Made by a program: the position numbers and the translations under genes
Assembly: GCA_964610995.1 (NCBI GenBank)
Contig: CAZSWF010000001.1
Span: 2,813 to 66,812, forward strand
Direction of reading: 5' to 3'
Length of the DNA stretch: 64,000 nt
DNA from: an uncultured Candidatus Saccharibacteria bacterium
Lineage (GTDB): Bacteria > Patescibacteriota > Minisyncoccia > Phycocordibacterales > UBA9973
The notes under the pieces: model-generated
Database searches by the model: none
What the model saw: the letters and a program-made list of their open reading frames with translations, nothing else
What the model was told of the DNA's origin: nothing
Shown: positions 60,144-64,000 of the stretch, piece after piece
How the letters are laid out: every line of letters begins with the position of its first letter
Position numbering within the stretch: position 1 is the stretch's first letter

Positions 60144-62174
60144 ATGTCAAAAATACAATCGTTTAAATTTAATAGAGATAATTTTCAAAACATAAAAGCC
60201 TACCGTTTTGGGAAAAATTGGCCAGTTGTATATGTTGCAGAAAATGGAAAGGAGGCGTATATAGGTGAAACAGTAAATGTATTTCATAGAAGTCGTCAGC
60301 ACTATGAAAATCCTGAACGACAAAAACTAAATAAAATACATATTGTAACTGATGAAGAATTTAATAAATCAGCTGCTTTAGATATTGAGTCATGGCTTAT
60401 TCAATATATGTCGGCCGATCAAATATTTACTCTTCAAAATGGTAATAGTGGTCTTCAAAATCATAACTACTATGATCGTCCAAAATATAAAGCAAAATTT
60501 GAACTAATCTGGGAAAAGTTTAGAGAAATGGGTATTGCAAAAAATACCTTAGAAGATTTAAAAAATACAGACCTTTTTAAATATTCTCCCTATAAATCAT
60601 TAACTGAAGATCAGTTTATTGTTGCTCGGCAAATTTTTGAAGATTTAAAAAATAATCAAGCTCAAACGTATATTATAAATGGAAAACCAGGGACAGGTAA
60701 AACAATTCTTGCAACCTATCTTTTTAAATATTTAAAAGAACAAGATGAAACAAAACACCTAAAGATGGCCCTCGTAGTACCAATGACTTCTCTTCGAAAA
60801 ACTATTGGAAAAGTTTTTAGTAAAATAAAAGGATTGAGTAGTGGAATGGTAATTGGGCCAAATAAAGTAGCGCGAGGAGCTTATGATCTTGTAATCGTCG
60901 ATGAAGCACATCGTTTACAAAGGAGAAAAAATATTATGGGCATGGGTGCTTATGACAATATAAACAGATTTCTTAACTTGTCTGCAGAGTCGACGAATCT
61001 TGATTGGATAATGAAAACCTCAAAACATCAAATATTTTTTTATGATGAAAATCAAAGTATCAAACCTTCTGATGTTAGAAAGGAAGATTTTAATAATCTA
61101 AATGCAAAACATTATAAACTTACAACACAAATGCGCATAGGAGCTGGTGATGAGTATATTCATTTTATTGAGGATTTATTTGATCTTAAGGTTCCAGATA
61201 AAACAAGTTTTGAAAATTATGATTTTAAAGTCTATGAAAGCGTTGAAGGCATGGTTTCAGATATAAAACAAAAAGATAAAAAATATGGACTTTCTCGAGT
61301 AGTAGCGGGATATGCATGGCCTTGGCATACAAGAAATGGTGTTCAGCCTTATGATATTGAAATTGGAGGATATAAAGGCGTGTGGAATTCTACCGCGACA
61401 GATTGGGTAAATGCACCCAATGCCATAAACGAAGTTGGATGTATTCATACAGTCCAAGGGTATGACTTGAATTATGTAGGAGTAATTATTGGCCCCGAAT
61501 TTGGATACGACACAAAAAATAAAAAATTTTTTGTAGATAAAAAGAAATATCTCGATAGGAATGGTCGTGCCGGGGTACATGATCCGGTTGAGTTAGAACA
61601 ATATATTAAAAATATTTATAAAACAATTCTTACTCGGGGAATCCGAGGAACTTTTGTGTATATATGTGATGATAGTTTAAGATCTTATTTTAATAGTATT
61701 TTAAATAAAGGCGATAACTTAGAAAAAAGTTCAATTATTAAAACTTCGATCGAATCAATTTATTTTAATAAAGAAACAGTTAAATTACCTTTATTTGAGT
61801 CTGTTGGGTGTGGTGAGTTTATGATCGCAAATTCTCTCCCAGAAGATTTTTTGAAAGTAGATAAAAAATATGTTTCAACTGGATCAAAATATTTCGTACT
61901 TCGTGTTTCTGGAGATTCTATGAATCAGGTAGGTATAAACGATGGTGATTTAGTATTATGTCGTAAAGAATATAATCCACCGCAAGGAAAAAATGTAGTA
62001 GCCTTGGTAGGTGATGATGCTACTATCAAAGAGTATTGGAAAGAAGGAAAAACAGTAATCTTGAAACCAAAATCAAGTAATCCAAAACATCAAGTTATGG
62101 AATTTACAGAAGATGAACAGGTTTTTATTCAAGGTGTTGTTCTCCGAGTTTTAAAAGATGGTGATTATGAATAG
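60144..62174 (+). CDS. Three-domain fusion: N-terminal GIY-YIG nuclease, central DUF2075/SF1-helicase-like P-loop ATPase, C-terminal LexA/UmuD-like S24 peptidase domain
   Basis: VVYVAENGKEAYIGETVNVFHRSRQHY ... ESWL ... QNGN (GIY-YIG); GKPGTGKT Walker A, LVIVDEAHRL Walker B, IHTVQGYDLNYVGVIIG (SF1 motif VI-like); LPLFESVGCGEF linker with Cys-Gly, GDSM Ser nucleophile, ATIKEY Lys (S24). Very low G+C. Confidence 0.8.
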   Translation: MSKIQSFKFNRDNFQNIKAYRFGKNWPVVYVAENGKEAYIGETVNVFHRSRQHYENPERQKLNKIHIVTDEEFNKSAALDIESWLIQYMSADQIFTLQNGNSGLQNHNYYDRPKYKAKFELIWEKFREMGIAKNTLEDLKNTDLFKYSPYKSLTEDQFIVARQIFEDLKNNQAQTYIINGKPGTGKTILATYLFKYLKEQDETKHLKMALVVPMTSLRKTIGKVFSKIKGLSSGMVIGPNKVARGAYDLVIVDEAHRLQRRKNIMGMGAYDNINRFLNLSAESTNLDWIMKTSKHQIFFYDENQSIKPSDVRKEDFNNLNAKHYKLTTQMRIGAGDEYIHFIEDLFDLKVPDKTSFENYDFKVYESVEGMVSDIKQKDKKYGLSRVVAGYAWPWHTRNGVQPYDIEIGGYKGVWNSTATDWVNAPNAINEVGCIHTVQGYDLNYVGVIIGPEFGYDTKNKKFFVDKKKYLDRNGRAGVHDPVELEQYIKNIYKTILTRGIRGTFVYICDDSLRSYFNSILNKGDNLEKSSIIKTSIESIYFNKETVKLPLFESVGCGEFMIANSLPEDFLKVDKKYVSTGSKYFVLRVSGDSMNQVGINDGDLVLCRKEYNPPQGKNVVALVGDDATIKEYWKEGKTVILKPKSSNPKHQVMEFTEDEQVFIQGVVLRVLKDGDYE

Positions 62175-62185
62175 ATAATTTCTTC

Positions 62186-62395
62186 ATGCTCATCAAAGTC
62201 ACCGTTCACCCAGAAAGTCATGAAGATAAGGTTGTCCGGATTGGGGATGATAGCTACGAAGTATACGTGCGAGCGGGAGCGCAGAATGGGCATGCCAACA
62301 AGGTAGTGACCATGCTACTTGCGCAGCATTTCGGTACAGGAGTTCGAATGGTATCCGGCGGGACGCGGACACATAAGGTGTTTCGGATTTCATAA
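62186..62395 (+). CDS. DUF167/YggU-family protein
   Basis: YEVYVRAGAQNGHANKVVTMLLAQHFGTGVRMVSGGTRTHKVFRI matches the YggU pattern. Confidence 0.65.
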   Translation: MLIKVTVHPESHEDKVVRIGDDSYEVYVRAGAQNGHANKVVTMLLAQHFGTGVRMVSGGTRTHKVFRIS

Positions 62396-62418
62396 AAATA
62401 ACCCGCATAAGAGCGGGT
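62394..62418 (-). terminator. Terminator hairpin (ACCCGC-ataaga-GCGGGT) serving the minus-strand small gene
   Basis: 6-bp GC stem with T-tract on the minus strand. Confidence 0.45.
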
Positions 62419-62423
62419 ATGAA

Positions 62424-62600
62424 TTAATCTATTGAGTCAGATATTTTTATTGCAGCAATAATTGCAAAAAACACAGTCCATCCAATTGAACGGATTAGTA
62501 GTGGTTTGTTGTAGTTAATAAACAAGAAAAATATTATACCTACTCCGCCAACTATTGCTAATACTAAATACAAGACAAGCCATAATCGTTTTTGGGTCAT
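62424..62600 (-). CDS. Possible small membrane protein (58 aa)
   Basis: MTQKRLWLVLYLVLAIVGGVGIIFFLFINYNKPLLIRSIGWTVFFAIIAAIKISDSID; below ORF-track size cutoff. Confidence 0.35.
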   Translation of the reverse strand: MTQKRLWLVLYLVLAIVGGVGIIFFLFINYNKPLLIRSIGWTVFFAIIAAIKISDSID

Positions 62601-62679
62601 GAGTATTTTTAAAGAACAATACCTTTTATTTAGTTTTTGTCAATTTGGATAGTGATAGTATTGAGCGTATACTTTAAAT

Positions 62680-63078
62680 ATGAAAAAAGGATATTTTGCG
62701 AACATTGAGGATTTGACCAAAGAGAACTCTGACTTCCGTCACGTGCTCTATACGGGTGCGCATGTACAGCTCGTGCTGATGACGCTCGCGCCAGCAGAGG
62801 AGATCGGGATGGAGACGCATGATGAGAATGATCAATTCTTCAGATTTGAAGCAGGACTCGGCACGGTGATCGTGGGAGAGACTGAGTACAAGGTGGGGGA
62901 TGGAGATGTGGTGATCGTACCTGCAGGTACACCGCACAATGTGATGAACACAGGGAGCGAACCACTCAAGCTCTATACCCTCTACGCACCGTCTCACCAC
63001 AAAGACGGTATCGTCCGCGCTACCAAACAAGAAGCAATGGACAACGAAGCAGACTACGACGGAGTGACGACTGAGTAA
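62680..63078 (+). CDS. Cupin-domain protein
   Basis: GMETHDENDQFF...GDGDVVIVPAGTPHNVMNTG cupin motifs 1 and 2. Confidence 0.75.
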   Translation: MKKGYFANIEDLTKENSDFRHVLYTGAHVQLVLMTLAPAEEIGMETHDENDQFFRFEAGLGTVIVGETEYKVGDGDVVIVPAGTPHNVMNTGSEPLKLYTLYAPSHHKDGIVRATKQEAMDNEADYDGVTTE

Positions 63079-63121
63079 TCCACGAAAACACCCCCATGAT
63101 CAGGGGGTGTTGTGCTGTGTG

Positions 63122-63568
63122 CTATTTGCGAGGCAGTGGATGCAAATGCGCTGCGATACCGATGGCGGCGGCGATGAGAACGAGGTTCTTGATAATGTAC
63201 TGCCCGACAAGGGTGGGGACAAAGGGTGCCTGCCAGCTGTCACCAGGGAGAAATACGAGTGGGAGGAATGTCATGATCATATGAATGAACAGAAGTGGGA
63301 TGACGATGCGCACCGCGCCCTTGAACAAAAAGAGAATACCGATCAGACACTCAAATAGCGCAAAGCCAATATAGAAGGTATCAAATGTCATGAGGCCACC
63401 GAGTGTACTATCAAAGAGTCCGTGCACAAGTGCGCCAGCGGGCGAGAGTCCGAGTGCCTTGAGCAGCCCAAACCAGAAAAATACCACAAAGAGCGATATA
63501 CGTGCTGTCGGTAGCGAAATCTTTCTAAAAAAGTGAATAATGGACGCGTCTGTTTTGGAAATATTCAT
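63122..63568 (-). CDS. Integral membrane protein (DoxX-like / 4 TM)
   Basis: Hydrophobic 4-TM ORF; start at MNISKTDA. Confidence 0.45.
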   Translation of the reverse strand: MNISKTDASIIHFFRKISLPTARISLFVVFFWFGLLKALGLSPAGALVHGLFDSTLGGLMTFDTFYIGFALFECLIGILFLFKGAVRIVIPLLFIHMIMTFLPLVFLPGDSWQAPFVPTLVGQYIIKNLVLIAAAIGIAAHLHPLPRK

Positions 63569-63659
63569 ATATACATAGAGTATACACCCACGCAGCCCTG
63601 TGGTACTATAGTGGGACAATACCTACCCCTATACGCCGATGCGAGGGGCATTTATCCGT

Positions 63660-64000
63660 ATGCAAAAGAAATTGCGAGAAAAAACAGGACACCACCCCGA
63701 AGGCATGATCGTCGTAAAAGGCGCGCGTACTCACAACTTGAAAAATATTGATGTGGAAATGCCACGCGGCAAAATGATCGCGATCACCGGTATGTCGGGG
63801 AGCGGCAAGAGCTCGCTCGCATTTGATACGATATTTGCAGAAGGACAGCGTCGCTACGTGGAGTCGCTCTCAAGCTATGCGCGACAGTTCCTAAACCAAA
63901 TGCCTAAACCTGATGTCGATGAAATATCAGGCCTCTCGCCAGCTATCTCGATCGATCAAAAGTCTCGCTCCAACAATCCGCGCTCGACGGTTGCAACAAT
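63660..64000 (+). CDS. uvrA: Excinuclease ABC subunit A, 5' partial (runs off window)
   Basis: [63 protein letters not shown] canonical UvrA N-terminus; not in ORF track because no stop in window. Confidence 0.9.
   Translation, partial: MQKKLREKTGHHPEGMIVVKGARTHNLKNIDVEMPRGKMIAITGMSGSGKSSLAFDTIFAEGQRRYVESLSSYARQFLNQMPKPDVDEISGLSPAISIDQKSRSNNPRSTVAT

Noticed and set aside
63533-63751. 72-aa ORF at the window end
   Set aside because: Different frame across the uvrA start; uvrA N-terminal homology in the other frame is unmistakable.

Overview
This 64 kb window reads as a compact bacterial chromosome segment, mostly + strand, dominated by housekeeping genes. Identified genes include ligA, gatC-gatA, an S11-type D-Ala-D-Ala carboxypeptidase, a DEAD-box helicase, typA/bipA, prfB, ftsE-ftsX, RNase J, RNase R, rpsP-KH-trmD, rpoB-rpoC-dnaG-rpoD, tsf-rpsB, proS (archaeal/eukaryote type), mreB-mreC, tgt, uvrB and the 5' end of uvrA. 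There are seven tRNA genes: an initiator tRNA-fMet, tRNA-Asp, a second CAT-anticodon tRNA, three tRNA-Thr isoacceptors (GGT, CGT, TGT) and tRNA-Pro. Typical CPR/Patescibacteria-style accessory genes are also present: SWIB, META, TspO, DoxX, NYN, Nudix, a Lys-tailed protein and pilin-like N-terminal-helix proteins. The assignment to CPR is inference only. Bulk DNA is fairly G+C-rich by eye, interrupted by several visibly AT-rich islands that carry orphan genes, at about 17.3-17.8 kb, 39.25-39.84 kb, 46.8-47.3 kb, 54.85-55.5 kb and 59.7-62.2 kb. The most notable finding is the last island. It is a translationally coupled two-gene cassette: a MazG-like all-alpha NTP pyrophosphohydrolase, followed by a 676-aa fusion of a GIY-YIG nuclease, a DUF2075/SF1-helicase-like P-loop ATPase and a C-terminal LexA/UmuD-like S24 self-cleaving peptidase domain with a UmuD-type Cys-Gly cleavage site. 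It sits between uvrB and uvrA and looks like an undescribed DNA-damage or phage-sensing nuclease-helicase (defence-like) module. A second notable item is a 1005-aa surface protein built from seven tandem Gloeo_Verruco-like repeats (probable beta-propeller), Ig-like domains, a (PE)n stalk and an unusual 4-TM C-terminus carrying two carboxypeptidase-regulatory-like domains. No CRISPR arrays, rRNA, transposases or integrases were seen. All protein calls rest on motif-level recognition by eye; no database search was run.
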